Both the position numbers and the translations under genes were made by a program. Positions 21,422-32,682 of a stretch of DNA of 64,000 bases are shown here, one piece after another. The stretch comes from Hydrurus foetidus. Taxonomy: Eukaryota. Numbering within the stretch: the first letter of the stretch is position 1; each line of letters begins with the position of its first letter. Under the pieces are notes generated by a model, which worked only from the letters and a program-made list of their open reading frames with translations, was not told the DNA's origin and did no database searches. The stretch is from NCBI GenBank assembly GCA_900617105.1, contig UYFQ01000006.1, forward strand, positions 868,001 to 932,000. Direction: 5' to 3'.

Positions 21422-22486
21422 ATGGCTCTCGTCTCGATGCGCGAACTGCTGGACCACGCGGCCGTCAACGGCTACGGCATTCCTGCTTTCAATGTGAACA
21501 ACTTGGAGCAAGTCCAAGCGGTGATGGCGGCGGCAGATGAGGTGGGTGCCCCCGTCATCTTGCAAGCCAGCGCCGGTGCGCGCAAGTACGCGGGTGAAGC
21601 CTTTATCAAACACTTGATTCAGGCTGCGATTGAGGCCTACCCACACATACCCTTGGTGATGCATCAAGACCACGGCCAAAACCCTGAAGTCTGCCAAGGC
21701 GCGATGAAACTGGGCTTCAGCTCGGTCATGATGGACGGCAGCCTGGAAGCCGATGGCAAAACCATCGCCAGCTACGAGTACAACATCGAAGTCACCAAAC
21801 AAGTCGTCGCCATGGCCCATGCTCAAGGTGTGACTGTGGAAGGTGAACTCGGCTGCTTGGGTTCGCTGGAAACCATGAAAGGCGACAAAGAAGACGGCCA
21901 CGGCACCGATTCCACGATGACGATGGAACAGCTGCTGACCGACCCTGAGCAAGCCGCCGATTTCGTCAAACGCACCCAGCTCGACGCTCTGGCCATCGCC
22001 ATCGGCACCAGCCACGGCGCGTACAAATTCACCCGCAAGCCCACTGGCGACATTCTGGCTATCAGCCGCATCAAAGAAATTCACCGCCGCATCCCCAACA
22101 CCCATTTGGTGATGCACGGGTCGAGCAGCGTGCCGCAAGACCTGCTGGAAATCATCCGTCAAAACGGTGGCGCGATGAAGGAAACCTACGGTGTTCCCGT
22201 CGAAGAAATCCAAGAAGCCATCAAATTTGGCGTGCGCAAAATTAACATCGATACCGATGTGCGCTTGGCCATGACCGCCGCGATTCGCCTCTACCTGACC
22301 CAAAACCCCGACAAGTTCGACCCCCGCGACTACCTCAAGCCCGCCCGCGAAGCTGCAAAGATGATTTGCAAACAGCGTTATTTGCAGTTCGGCTGCGAAG
22401 GCCAGGGCAGCAAAATCAAGGGCGACAGCCTGCAAGTGGTGGCTGGCAAGTACGCGCTGGGGCAGCTGGCGCAGATGGTGAACTGA
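21422..22486 (+). CDS. fba: Fructose-bisphosphate aldolase class II
   Basis: [33 protein letters not shown] motifs. Confidence 0.96.
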   Translation: MALVSMRELLDHAAVNGYGIPAFNVNNLEQVQAVMAAADEVGAPVILQASAGARKYAGEAFIKHLIQAAIEAYPHIPLVMHQDHGQNPEVCQGAMKLGFSSVMMDGSLEADGKTIASYEYNIEVTKQVVAMAHAQGVTVEGELGCLGSLETMKGDKEDGHGTDSTMTMEQLLTDPEQAADFVKRTQLDALAIAIGTSHGAYKFTRKPTGDILAISRIKEIHRRIPNTHLVMHGSSSVPQDLLEIIRQNGGAMKETYGVPVEEIQEAIKFGVRKINIDTDVRLAMTAAIRLYLTQNPDKFDPRDYLKPAREAAKMICKQRYLQFGCEGQGSKIKGDSLQVVAGKYALGQLAQMVN

Positions 22487-22608
22487 GGCCGCGAGCGCTA
22501 TTAAGCGCAAAAAATCCGGTCTGAGCCAAAAGGGCCGCTAAAGTGTCACAAAATCGACACCGCTTAGCGGCCCTGCTCACGCCGTCACGCGCAATACACT
22601 CAGTACCT

Positions 22609-23502
22609 ATGAACGCTCTCCACACCTCATCCCTCGCCTCTCTCCCCCTGCTTGCCCGTGGCAAAGTACGTGACAACTACGCTGTGGGCGATGACCGCAT
22701 CCTCATGGTGGCCAGCGACCGCATCAGTGCGTTCGATGTCATCATGGGTGAGCCCATCCCCGGCAAAGGCACGCTGCTGACGCAAATGGCGCTGTTTTGG
22801 TTTGACAAGCTGGGGCACATTTGCCCGAACCACCTGACCGGCGATGCGCCGGAAAGTGCTGTGCGTGCCGATGAGGTGGCGCAAGTTACAGGCCGCTCCA
22901 TGTTGGTCAAGCGCTTGAAGCCGCTGCCTGTTGAGGCGGTGGTGCGGGGCTATTTGGCTGGCAGTGGCTGGAAGGAATACCAAGAATCCCAAACCGTTTG
23001 CGGCGTCCCTCTGCCACCAGGCCTGAAAAACGCCAGCAAGCTGCCAGAACCCATCTTCACACCTGCCGCCAAAGCCGCTGTGGGTGAGCACGACGAAAAC
23101 ATCAGCTACGCGCAAGTCGAGCAAACCATTGGTGCTGATTTGGCCCGCCAAATGCGCGAAGTCAGCATCCAGCTTTACGTGGCTGCTAGCCAAATTGCAG
23201 CCGCCAAGGGCATCATCATTGCCGATACCAAGTTTGAATTTGGTTTGGATGATGCAGGCAACATGGTGCTGATGGACGAGGTATTGACACCCGACTCGTC
23301 GCGCTTCTGGCCCGAAGAGTCTTACGCGCAAAGTTTGGCCGAGGGCAGCAATCCTCCCAGCTATGACAAACAGTTTTTACGCGACTGGTTGGAAACACAA
23401 GCTGCGTGGGACAAAACACCGCCTGCACCGCGGCTACCTCAAGCCGTCATCGCGCATACTGCGCAGAAATACCGTGATGCATTGACGCGATTAACCCATT
23501 AA
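22609..23502 (+). CDS. purC: SAICAR synthetase
   Basis: [35 protein letters not shown] motifs. Confidence 0.96.
   Translation: MNALHTSSLASLPLLARGKVRDNYAVGDDRILMVASDRISAFDVIMGEPIPGKGTLLTQMALFWFDKLGHICPNHLTGDAPESAVRADEVAQVTGRSMLVKRLKPLPVEAVVRGYLAGSGWKEYQESQTVCGVPLPPGLKNASKLPEPIFTPAAKAAVGEHDENISYAQVEQTIGADLARQMREVSIQLYVAASQIAAAKGIIIADTKFEFGLDDAGNMVLMDEVLTPDSSRFWPEESYAQSLAEGSNPPSYDKQFLRDWLETQAAWDKTPPAPRLPQAVIAHTAQKYRDALTRLTH
23185..23201. repeat. Possible core-only copy of the dispersed motif (purC)
   Basis: GCTAGCCAAATTGCAGC; no recognisable tail. Confidence 0.4.
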
Positions 23503-23561
23503 TATGCGCTGGATACGACAGGGACAATGCAAAATCACCACAGGCTTTACATTCTGTCCAT

Positions 23562-24290
23562 ATGGCCCGCGCAAAAATCATCCCCCTTCACAGCCCCGCT
23601 GAGCCGCCAGTCCTTACCGCTGCCTTGCCCGCGTGGCCCGCACTCTATCCCACCAAACTGATGAACTCGCTTCACTCCCCTGTCAATGGCATCGCTGCGT
23701 TGGCTGAAAAGGGTGTGCAGCGCCGCTTCAGCGCCTACACTTTGTTGATTCAGGAAGGCGATTTGGGCGATACGCTGTACATCATTTTGTCGGGCAAGCT
23801 GCGGGCTTTTGCGTCCGGCGAACGCGGCAAAGAAATCACCCTGGGTGTGTTTGGTGCGGGCGATTACGTGGGTGAAATGGCGCTGGACGGTGGCCCCCGA
23901 TCGGCCAATGTGCAGACATTGGTGCCCACGGTGTGTTCCGTGGTCAGCCGCGACACCTTGCGCAGCCACATCGCCAGCCACCCCGATTTTGCGTTTGAGA
24001 TGATGGCTCGGCTGATTCGCCGCGCCCGGCTGGCAACAGAAAGCGTACGCAGCTTGGCCCTCATCGATACCTATGGCCGCCTGACCCGTTTGCTGGACCA
24101 ACTCTCTACCGACCAGCACGACGGCACCCGCGTGCTGCTAGACCGCCTGACCCACCTGGACCTCGCCAACCACGTTGCCTGCTCGCGCGAAATGATCAGC
24201 CGCTTGCTGAAAGACCTGGAGGCGGGTGGCTACCTCACCACCGTAGACCGGCGGCTGGTGATTTTGAAGCCCTTCCCTGCACGTTGGTGA
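23562..24290 (+). CDS. Crp/Fnr-family transcriptional regulator
   Basis: cNMP domain (GEMALDGGPRSANV) and HTH (THLDLANHVACSREMISRLL); start could be 23661. Confidence 0.88.
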   Translation: MARAKIIPLHSPAEPPVLTAALPAWPALYPTKLMNSLHSPVNGIAALAEKGVQRRFSAYTLLIQEGDLGDTLYIILSGKLRAFASGERGKEITLGVFGAGDYVGEMALDGGPRSANVQTLVPTVCSVVSRDTLRSHIASHPDFAFEMMARLIRRARLATESVRSLALIDTYGRLTRLLDQLSTDQHDGTRVLLDRLTHLDLANHVACSREMISRLLKDLEAGGYLTTVDRRLVILKPFPARW

Positions 24291-24300
24291 TGTCGCTGTG

Positions 24301-24573
24301 ATGGCGTTGGTAAACCCTTTGCCCAACCCCTTGTTCCCTCCTGGTAACTGCCCGCTGTGTGGTGCCAACAACGCCTGCGCCATGGTCACGGCCGAGCGTA
24401 CCGGCGAACCACAAGCCCCCTGCTGGTGCATGACCAGCGCGCTCCCCGCCGCACTGTTGGCCCGCGTACCGGCTGAGGCACAACGCACCGCCTGCATTTG
24501 CCAGGGTTGTGTGGATGCGGAGGCGACTCAATCCGAGGTTTCATCGTCCTCACCCACCTCACGTCTATCCTGA
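24301..24573 (+). CDS. Cysteine-rich CWC-family small protein
   Basis: CPLCG..N.C...CWC...ACICQGC pattern. Confidence 0.75.
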   Translation: MALVNPLPNPLFPPGNCPLCGANNACAMVTAERTGEPQAPCWCMTSALPAALLARVPAEAQRTACICQGCVDAEATQSEVSSSSPTSRLS

Positions 24574-25502
24574 AGCCCCCGCTCTGGCTTCAGCGTCACC
24601 TTCAAGGCCAGCGCTTTGGTGTAAAGCCCGTTGCGCGGCTCGCCCGTGATGTCTGCGGCCAGTTTGACCGCTGTTTTCAGGGGCAATTCGGCCATCAACA
24701 AGGCCAGCACCCGTTCGCTGTGCGAGGTGTCCGCTACCACCTCCATCGGGTGCAGCACCACCACAAACTCGCCGCGCAAACGGTTGGGGTGTGCCGCCAG
24801 CCACGCCGGGAAAGCGCTGGCCACCACGGTAGCAATCTCTTCAAACTGTTTGGTGATTTCACGCGCTACCGTCACCTGCCTCGCGCCCAATACGGCCAGT
24901 GCCAAGGCCAGGGCTTCAATGCGGTGCGGCGCCTCCAGCAGCACCACAGCGCGGCGCTCGGCTTGCAGTTGCTGCACGGCGGTTTGGCGCATCAGCGCTT
25001 TGGGCGGCAAAAACCCGGCGAACACAAAACCCCCATCGTCATCGCCCCTGGCGACGGCACCGCTGGCGCTGATGGCCGCTGTGATGCTGCTGGCCCCCGG
25101 CAAGGGGCTGACAGGCAAACCCACCGCCCGCACCGCCGCCACCAAACGCGCGCCGGGGTCGCTGACCGCAGGTGTGCCCGCATCGCTGACGTAGGCCACA
25201 CGCTGTCCCAGGCGCAGACGCTCAATCACCAACTGCGCCGCCTCGGCCTCGTTGTGCTGGTGGACGGCCAGCAGCTGCGCACCGGCTTTGTCCAGCCCGT
25301 AGGCACGCAGCAGGGTCTGGGTGTGGCGCGTGTCTTCGCAGGCCACACAGTCCACCAGTTGCAGCACATGCAAGGCCCGCAAGCTGATGTCGGCCAAGTT
25401 GCCAATCGGTGTCGCCACGACGTACAAAGCGCCCTGCGGATAATGCTGGGCAGCCGCTGCATCGTGCGCGGCCTCCAGGGCTTTAGCAAAAAAGGCGCTC
25501 AA
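24528..25502 (-). CDS. rsmI: 16S rRNA C1402 2'-O-methyltransferase
   Basis: LYVVATPIGNLADIS.RA, CEDTRHT, VSDAGTPAVSDPG; probable TTG start. Confidence 0.94.
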   Translation of the reverse strand: MSAFFAKALEAAHDAAAAQHYPQGALYVVATPIGNLADISLRALHVLQLVDCVACEDTRHTQTLLRAYGLDKAGAQLLAVHQHNEAEAAQLVIERLRLGQRVAYVSDAGTPAVSDPGARLVAAVRAVGLPVSPLPGASSITAAISASGAVARGDDDGGFVFAGFLPPKALMRQTAVQQLQAERRAVVLLEAPHRIEALALALAVLGARQVTVAREITKQFEEIATVVASAFPAWLAAHPNRLRGEFVVVLHPMEVVADTSHSERVLALLMAELPLKTAVKLAADITGEPRNGLYTKALALKVTLKPERGLQDRREVGEDDETSD

Positions 25503-25504
25503 AC

Positions 25505-25972
25505 GTGTTCCTTCACAAAAAAATAAGCTCAAACCCAGTGGTTAAGCTTTCTGCATCAGCATCTGAAGCTATTAAAAAAGTAGCGGCCTCAACCCCGCCC
25601 ACAACCAAGCAGCAAGGCGATGCAGCCGAAGACGCGGCACTGCGCCACTTGCAAGCCGCTGGCCTGCGGCTGGTACAGCGCAATTATCGAACGCCAGGGC
25701 GCGGTGGCGGTGAGATTGACCTGATTGTGCGTGCGCCCGACGGCACGCTGGTGTTTGTGGAAGTCAAGCGCCGTGCTACCACCCGCTTTGGCGGTGCCGC
25801 CGCCAGCGTCAGCGCGGTGAAGCAGCGGCGCATTGTGTTTGCTGCCCGGCACTTTTTGATGCGCCTGCCCACACCACCACCCTGCCGGTTTGATGTGGTG
25901 ATTTGGGAAGGTGGGGAGGTCGGTGGCCGTATCGAATGGCTGCAGGCCGCGTTCGATGCATCCTCGTTTTGA
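25505..25972 (+). CDS. yraN: YraN-family (UPF0102) putative nuclease
   Basis: G..AE..A...L, GEIDLI, LVFVEVK, CRFDVV; start uncertain. Confidence 0.9.
   Translation: MFLHKKISSNPVVKLSASASEAIKKVAASTPPTTKQQGDAAEDAALRHLQAAGLRLVQRNYRTPGRGGGEIDLIVRAPDGTLVFVEVKRRATTRFGGAAASVSAVKQRRIVFAARHFLMRLPTPPPCRFDVVIWEGGEVGGRIEWLQAAFDASSF
25525..25584 (-). repeat. Dispersed motif copy (yraN N-terminus, near the rsmI start)
   Basis: Minus strand GCTACTTTTTTAATAGC-TTCAGAT-GC-TGATGCA-GAAAGC-TTAACCACTGGG-TTT. Confidence 0.85.
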
Positions 25973-27291
<1,319 letters not shown>

Positions 27292-27297
27292 ACAGCG

Positions 27298-28227
27298 TTA
27301 CTTCAGCCGCTTCAACAAACTCGACGTGTCCCAGCGCCCCCCGCCCATGTGCTGCACGTCGCCGTAAAACTGATCGACCAGCGCCGTCACCGGCACCCGT
27401 GAGCCATTGCGCTGGGCTTCGGCCAGCACCAGCCCCAAATCCTTGCGCATCCAGTCCACCGCAAAGCCAAACTCAAACTGGCCAGCGACCATCGTTTTGC
27501 CTCGGTTTTCCAGTTGCCAGCTTTGGGCTGCGCCTTTGCCGATCACGTCCAGCACCTGGTTCATGTCCAGCCCGGCGTTTTGGCCGAAAGCCACCGCCTC
27601 GCTCAAGCCTTGCACCAAACCCGCAATGCAAATCTGGTTCACCATCTTGGCAAGCTGACCCGCACCGCTGTCACCCAGCAAGGTGAACGCACGGGAAAAC
27701 GCCATCGCCACCGGCTTCACGCGCTCAAACACCGCCGCATCGCCGCCGCACATCACCGTCAACATGCCGTTTTGGGCACCGGCTTGGCCGCCCGAGACCG
27801 GCGCGTCGATGAAGTGCAAACCCCGCGCTGTGGCGATAACGCTCAGCTCACGCGCGACCTCAGCCGAGGCGGTGGTGTGGTCAACCAACACCGCACCGGG
27901 CTTCATCCCGTCAAAAGCGCCATCGCCTGCACCGGGTGCGGAACCCAGCACCACGGCACGCAGATCAGCATCGTTGCCCACGCAGCAAAAAATCATGTCC
28001 GCACCTGCAGCCGCAGCGCAGGGTGTTGGTGCATGTTTTACGTCATCAGAGCCCGCCATATCGGCACACCATGCTATGGACTTTGATTCAGTTCGGTTGT
28101 ACACCGTGACGTGGTGCCCCGCTCGTGCCAAGTGGCCTGCCATCGGGTAGCCCATGACACCCAGCCCTAAAAAGGCGACTTTGTGCGGGGTTGTGGGTTC
28201 GTAGTTTTTGGGGTTGATTGACGACAT
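27298..28227 (-). CDS. NAD(P)-dependent beta-hydroxyacid dehydrogenase family
   Basis: FLGLGVMG, DAPVSGGQAGA, GQLAKMVNQ motifs. Confidence 0.9.
   Translation of the reverse strand: MSSINPKNYEPTTPHKVAFLGLGVMGYPMAGHLARAGHHVTVYNRTESKSIAWCADMAGSDDVKHAPTPCAAAAGADMIFCCVGNDADLRAVVLGSAPGAGDGAFDGMKPGAVLVDHTTASAEVARELSVIATARGLHFIDAPVSGGQAGAQNGMLTVMCGGDAAVFERVKPVAMAFSRAFTLLGDSGAGQLAKMVNQICIAGLVQGLSEAVAFGQNAGLDMNQVLDVIGKGAAQSWQLENRGKTMVAGQFEFGFAVDWMRKDLGLVLAEAQRNGSRVPVTALVDQFYGDVQHMGGGRWDTSSLLKRLK
28031..28089 (-). repeat. Degenerate dispersed motif copy (dehydrogenase)
   Basis: Minus strand GAATCAAAGTCCATAGC-ATGGTGT-GC-CGATATG-GCGGGC. Confidence 0.55.
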
Positions 28228-28259
28228 ACAGCAGCCTAAAAAATGAAAGGAAAGAACGC

Positions 28260-29396
28260 TCAAACCAACGCAAAGTGCTCGGTGCCTGCCGCCAAATCTT
28301 GTGATTTGGCACGCTGGCTGTTCAGTTTGATCTGCAAGCGCAGGTCGTTCACAGAATCGGCAAAACGCAGCGCGTCTTCGTAGGTGATGGTATTGGCCTC
28401 AAACAGATCAAAAAGCGATTGGTCAAAGGTTTGCATGCCTAAGTTGCGGCTTTTCTTCATGATTTCTTTGATCTCGGTCACATCACCCTTGAAGATCAAA
28501 TCCGAGATCAGCGGGGTATTGAGCAAAATCTCTATCGCCGCCGCTCGGCCTTTGGTGTTTTGCTTGGGGATGAGCCGCTGCGACACCAAGCCTTTCAGAT
28601 TGAGCGACAAGTCCATCAGCAACTGCGCACGCCGCTCTTCAGGGAAGAAGTTGATGATGCGGTCTAGCGCTTGGTTGGCACTGTTGGCGTGCAGGGTTGC
28701 CATGCACAAATGGCCGGTTTCGGCGAAGGCCACCGCGTGCTCCATCGTTTCGCGGTCACGGATTTCGCCCATCAAAATCACATCAGGCGCTTGGCGCAGC
28801 GTGTTTTTCAGCGCGATCTCCCAGCTGTCAGTGTCCAGCCCCACTTCACGCTGGGTGACGATGCAGTTTTTATGCGGATGCACAAACTCCACCGGGTCTT
28901 CCACGGTGATGATGTGGCCGTAGGTGTTGATGTTGCGCCAGTCGATCATCGCGGCCAGGCTGGTGGACTTGCCCGAGCCCGTGCCACCCACAAAAATCAC
29001 CAAGCCACGCTTCACCAACGCCACGTCTTTCAGCACCTGGGGCAAGCCCAGACCGTCAATGGTGGGCAGCTCCGTCGGGATCACCCGCATCACCATGCCC
29101 ACGCGACCCTGCTGCACAAACGCATTCACCCGGAAGCGGCCAATGCCTGGTGGCGAAATGGCGAAATTGCATTCTTTGGTGCGCTCAAAATCCGAGGCCT
29201 GTTTGTCGCTCATCGCTGATCGGGTCAAGGCCATCGTGTGGCTGGCGTCCAGCGCCTGGGGCGAGACTTTGGTGATCTTGCCGTCCACCTTGATGGCAGG
29301 CGGAAATTCAGCGGTGATAAAGAGGTCGCTGCCATTGCGGCTGACCAAAAGTGTGAGTAAGTCGTTGATAAAACGACTGGCCTGATCGCGGTCCAT
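28260..29396 (-). CDS. pilU: Type IV pilus retraction ATPase PilU
   Basis: GGTGSGKST, TVEDPVE, LRQAPDVILMGEIRD; follows pilT. Confidence 0.93.
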   Translation of the reverse strand: MDRDQASRFINDLLTLLVSRNGSDLFITAEFPPAIKVDGKITKVSPQALDASHTMALTRSAMSDKQASDFERTKECNFAISPPGIGRFRVNAFVQQGRVGMVMRVIPTELPTIDGLGLPQVLKDVALVKRGLVIFVGGTGSGKSTSLAAMIDWRNINTYGHIITVEDPVEFVHPHKNCIVTQREVGLDTDSWEIALKNTLRQAPDVILMGEIRDRETMEHAVAFAETGHLCMATLHANSANQALDRIINFFPEERRAQLLMDLSLNLKGLVSQRLIPKQNTKGRAAAIEILLNTPLISDLIFKGDVTEIKEIMKKSRNLGMQTFDQSLFDLFEANTITYEDALRFADSVNDLRLQIKLNSQRAKSQDLAAGTEHFALV

Positions 29397-29420
29397 GGCA
29401 AATCCTGGTTAGTTCGAAAA

Positions 29421-30464
29421 TTAGTTCGGAAAATTTTCGGGTGTCTTGGCTTTTCCGCGAGCTTCAGCGCCAGAGATGATGTTGCGTCTGACCAAATCCG
29501 TTAAATTTTGGTCCAGCGTTTGCATCCCATAACCGCTACCGGTCTGGATCGACGAGTACATCTGCGCCACCTTCCCCTCACGGATCAAATTGCGGATGGC
29601 CGGCGTACCGATCATGATTTCGTGCGCGGCAATGCGACCTTGGCCGTCTTTGGTTTTGCACAGCGTTTGCGAGATCACCGCTTGTAGCGACTCGGACAAC
29701 ATCGAGCGAACCATCTCTTTTTCTTCAGCGGGGAACACGTCAATGATCCGGTCAATCGTCTTTGCCGCGCTGCTGGTGTGCAGGGTGCCAAACACCAAAT
29801 GGCCGGTTTCAGCCGCCGTCATGGCGAGGCGAATCGTCTCTAAATCGCGCATTTCGCCCACCAAAATCGCGTCAGGGTCTTCGCGCAGCGCCGATTTCAG
29901 CGCAGCGGCAAAGCTGCGCGTGTGCGGCCCCACCTCGCGCTGGTTAATCAGGCATTTTTTAGATTCGTGGACGAATTCAATCGGGTCTTCCACCGTCAGA
30001 ATGTGGCCGTATTCGTTCTCATTGAGGTAGTTCACCATGGCCGCCAGCGTGGTGGACTTGCCCGAACCCGTCGGCCCCGTCACCAGCACCATGCCCCGCG
30101 CCTTCATCGCCAAATCGGCAAAAATTTTGGGCGCGCCCAATTGTTCCAGCGACAAAATTTTGGATGGAATCGTTCGGAACACACCGCCCGCCCCGCGCTG
30201 GTGGTTGAACGCATTCACCCGAAAACGCGCCAAGCCTTCGATCTCAAAAGAAAAATCAATTTCCAGATACTCTTCAAACACCTTGCGCTGGCTGTCGTTC
30301 ATGATGTCGTACACCATCGCGTGTACGGCCTTGTGGTCAAGCGGCTCCACGTTGATGCGGCGCACGTCGCCATGCACCCGAATCATGGGCGGCAGACCGG
30401 CGGATAAGTGCAGGTCAGAGGCTTTGTTTTTGACGCTGAAGGCCAGCAGTTGGGTGATGTCCAC
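29421..30464 (-). CDS. pilT: Type IV pilus retraction ATPase PilT
   Basis: GPTGSGKST, LREDPD, AIRNLIRE motif; GTG start. Confidence 0.96.
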   Translation of the reverse strand: MDITQLLAFSVKNKASDLHLSAGLPPMIRVHGDVRRINVEPLDHKAVHAMVYDIMNDSQRKVFEEYLEIDFSFEIEGLARFRVNAFNHQRGAGGVFRTIPSKILSLEQLGAPKIFADLAMKARGMVLVTGPTGSGKSTTLAAMVNYLNENEYGHILTVEDPIEFVHESKKCLINQREVGPHTRSFAAALKSALREDPDAILVGEMRDLETIRLAMTAAETGHLVFGTLHTSSAAKTIDRIIDVFPAEEKEMVRSMLSESLQAVISQTLCKTKDGQGRIAAHEIMIGTPAIRNLIREGKVAQMYSSIQTGSGYGMQTLDQNLTDLVRRNIISGAEARGKAKTPENFPN

Positions 30465-30524
30465 GGTGTCCTTTTTCGGTAACGCTCAAGGTGCGCTTGG
30501 GGTTTGATACGCTCGTCACCAATT

Positions 30525-31283
30525 ATGACCACGATTACCTCGCAGATGACTTTGACCATGAACTCGACGACAGCTCAGAACCTTCAGGCCGTGCAGGCGC
30601 AAATCGCCCAAGCCTGCACCCAGGCAGAGCGTGACCCGGCCAGCGTCACGCTCTTGGCTGTTTCCAAAACGCAAAGCCCCGCAGCCCTGCGCGAAGCCTG
30701 CGCGGCAGGACAAACCGCGTTCGGTGAAAACTACATCCAAGAAGCCCTGGGAAAAATCGCCGCCCTGCGGGATTTGCCGCTGCAATGGCACTGCATAGGC
30801 CCCCTCCAAAGCAATAAAACCAAACCTGTGGCGGAGCAGTTTGATTGGGTTCACAGCATTGACCGTCTGAAAATCGCCCAGCGCCTGAGCGAGCAACGCC
30901 CCGCAGACTTGCCCCCTTTGCAAGTCTGCTTGCAAGTCAACATCGACGGCGGTGACACCAAATCGGGCGTCGCCCCAGAGGATGCACAGGCCTTGGCGCT
31001 GGCCGTGGCAGCACTGCCCCGGCTGACCTTGCGTGGCCTGATGACGATACCTGAACCTGCTATTGATTTTGAAGCGGCTTTAGCAGTTCATACAAAGGCT
31101 ACAGCCCTTTTTAATACCCTGAAATCAGCCCTCGGGCCACACGCGGCACGCTTTGACACCCTCTCCATGGGTATGAGCGCCGACCTGGACGCGGCCATTC
31201 AGGCCGGCAGCACGATGGTGCGGGTGGGGACGGCGATTTTTGGTGCGCGGGCAGCGAAGGCCATCTTCGCAACGCCAGCCTGA
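30525..31283 (+). CDS. yggS: PLP homeostasis protein YggS
   Basis: LLAVSKT, FGENYIQE, LSMGMSAD, MVRVGTAIFG; divergent from pilT. Confidence 0.95.
   Translation: MTTITSQMTLTMNSTTAQNLQAVQAQIAQACTQAERDPASVTLLAVSKTQSPAALREACAAGQTAFGENYIQEALGKIAALRDLPLQWHCIGPLQSNKTKPVAEQFDWVHSIDRLKIAQRLSEQRPADLPPLQVCLQVNIDGGDTKSGVAPEDAQALALAVAALPRLTLRGLMTIPEPAIDFEAALAVHTKATALFNTLKSALGPHAARFDTLSMGMSADLDAAIQAGSTMVRVGTAIFGARAAKAIFATPA
31059..31124 (+). repeat. Dispersed motif copy (yggS)
   Basis: GCTATTGATTTTGAAGC-GGCTTTA-GC-AGTTCAT-ACAAAG-GCTACAGCCCTT-TTT. Confidence 0.82.
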
Positions 31284-31305
31284 ACCACTCAAGCCTAACC
31301 CGCCC

Positions 31306-31330
31306 GTTTGTCATACAATGCATGACAAAC
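31306..31330 (+). promoter_or_regulatory. TA operator palindrome overlapping the -10 box
   Basis: Perfect 9-bp arms GTTTGTCAT-N7-ATGACAAAC enclosing TACAAT, 20 bp before the antitoxin ATG. Confidence 0.7.
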
Positions 31331-31350
31331 AACTCCCCCATGAGGTCATC

Positions 31351-31659
31351 ATGCGCGTCAATGCTCGATTTGAAGGTGTCGCCGAACAGCAAATCACCTA
31401 CCTTGCCGCCAGCTCAGGCTTGAAGGTCAGCGATGTGCTGCGCAACAGTGTTGACTTCTACTATCGCCACTTACGCACCCAAACCGGTCAACTCAAGCAC
31501 TTGTCGGCCTGGATCGGGCAAGGCGACAGCGGACGCAGCGACATCGCCTCCAACGTCAAACAGTTTTTGGACGCTGATTTAGCGGCCAAATACCCCTCCT
31601 CGAGCATGTCAAAAACCGCCACAGCGCCAGGAAACACAGCCGCAGAACCTCTCGCATGA
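31351..31659 (+). CDS. CopG/RHH-like antitoxin
   Basis: MRVNARF..(beta)-helix-helix SDVLRNSVDFYY; RBS GAGGT; ATGA overlap with PIN gene. Confidence 0.75.
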   Translation: MRVNARFEGVAEQQITYLAASSGLKVSDVLRNSVDFYYRHLRTQTGQLKHLSAWIGQGDSGRSDIASNVKQFLDADLAAKYPSSSMSKTATAPGNTAAEPLA

Positions 31660-32072
31660 TCGCTGTCGATACAGGCTTTTTGTACGCGCTGATCGACAAA
31701 AGTGATGCTTGGCACGCCCGCGCAGTCGCGGCATTGCCTACCGTCGCCGAAGGCTGGATCACCACATGGCCCGTCTTGACCGAAGCCACGCACTTGATGA
31801 CCCGGCGCTTAGGCTCACGCTTTGCACAGGTGCTGATCGACGAAGTTGCGGATGGTGGATTGCTGGTATGGGACATCCCACCCGAGCACACCAGCCGCAT
31901 TTCCGCCATGATGCAGCGCTACGCCAGCCTGCCAATGGATTTGGCCGATGCTTCCCTGGTACTTCTGGCAGAACACCTTCGCCACGGCCGCATATTGACC
32001 ACGGACGAGCGAGATTTCGGTGCCTATCGCTGGAAAAGCCGCCAACCGTTTCAGAATCTGCTGGCGGCGTAG
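31656..32072 (+). CDS. vapC: VapC-family PIN-domain toxin
   Basis: IAVDTGFLYAL, VLTEA, MDLADASLV, ILTTD.RDF. Confidence 0.9.
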   Translation: MIAVDTGFLYALIDKSDAWHARAVAALPTVAEGWITTWPVLTEATHLMTRRLGSRFAQVLIDEVADGGLLVWDIPPEHTSRISAMMQRYASLPMDLADASLVLLAEHLRHGRILTTDERDFGAYRWKSRQPFQNLLAA

Positions 32073-32092
32073 ACCCTGTCTTTCATACTCAC

Positions 32093-32560
32093 CTAAAGCG
32101 GCAGCCGCGTCGTGTTCTTAACCTCCTCCATCACCGCATAAGTGCGTGTCTCGCGCACCCCCGGCAGTTGCCACAGCACCGTGCCTGCGAAGTCACGGTA
32201 GGCCGCCATGTCGGCCATGCGGGTTTTGAGCAGGTAGTCAAAACCACCCGCCACCATGTGGCATTCCAGAATCGCGTCTTGCACCTGCACGGCGGCTTTG
32301 AATTGGTCGAACACGTTGGGCGTGGTGCGGTCGAGCAGCACTTCCACGAACACCATCATGCCGCGCCCGAGTTTCAGCGGGTTCAGCCGGGCTTCAAAGC
32401 CCAAGATGAAGCCATCGCGGCTCAGGCGCTGGGTGCGGGCCAGCACGGCGGTGGGCGACAGGGCGACGGCTTCGGCCAGTTTGAGGTTGGACAAACGGCC
32501 ATCGTGCTGCAAGAGGTTCAAGATTTTCAGGTCGATGCGGTCAAGGTCGGGCAGCGTCAT
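32093..32560 (-). CDS. Lrp/AsnC regulator (PutR-like)
   Basis: LDRIDLKIL..LQ.DGRLSN, ECHMVAGGFDYLLK; divergent from putA. Confidence 0.92.
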   Translation of the reverse strand: MTLPDLDRIDLKILNLLQHDGRLSNLKLAEAVALSPTAVLARTQRLSRDGFILGFEARLNPLKLGRGMMVFVEVLLDRTTPNVFDQFKAAVQVQDAILECHMVAGGFDYLLKTRMADMAAYRDFAGTVLWQLPGVRETRTYAVMEEVKNTTRLPL

Positions 32561-32682
32561 AAAGCCTCACGGAGGAAGGGTTGGCTGGTTGATTGTTCGA
32601 TTGATAGCCTGATTTTCAGTGAGAAATTCAGCTGAACTTAGCCAACCATAGGCATATTCATCAAACCCCCTAGGATTTCACC

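Noticed and set aside
24528..24573. Convergent 3' overlap of the CWC gene and rsmI
   Set aside because: Short tail overlap, common in compact genomes; no further signal.
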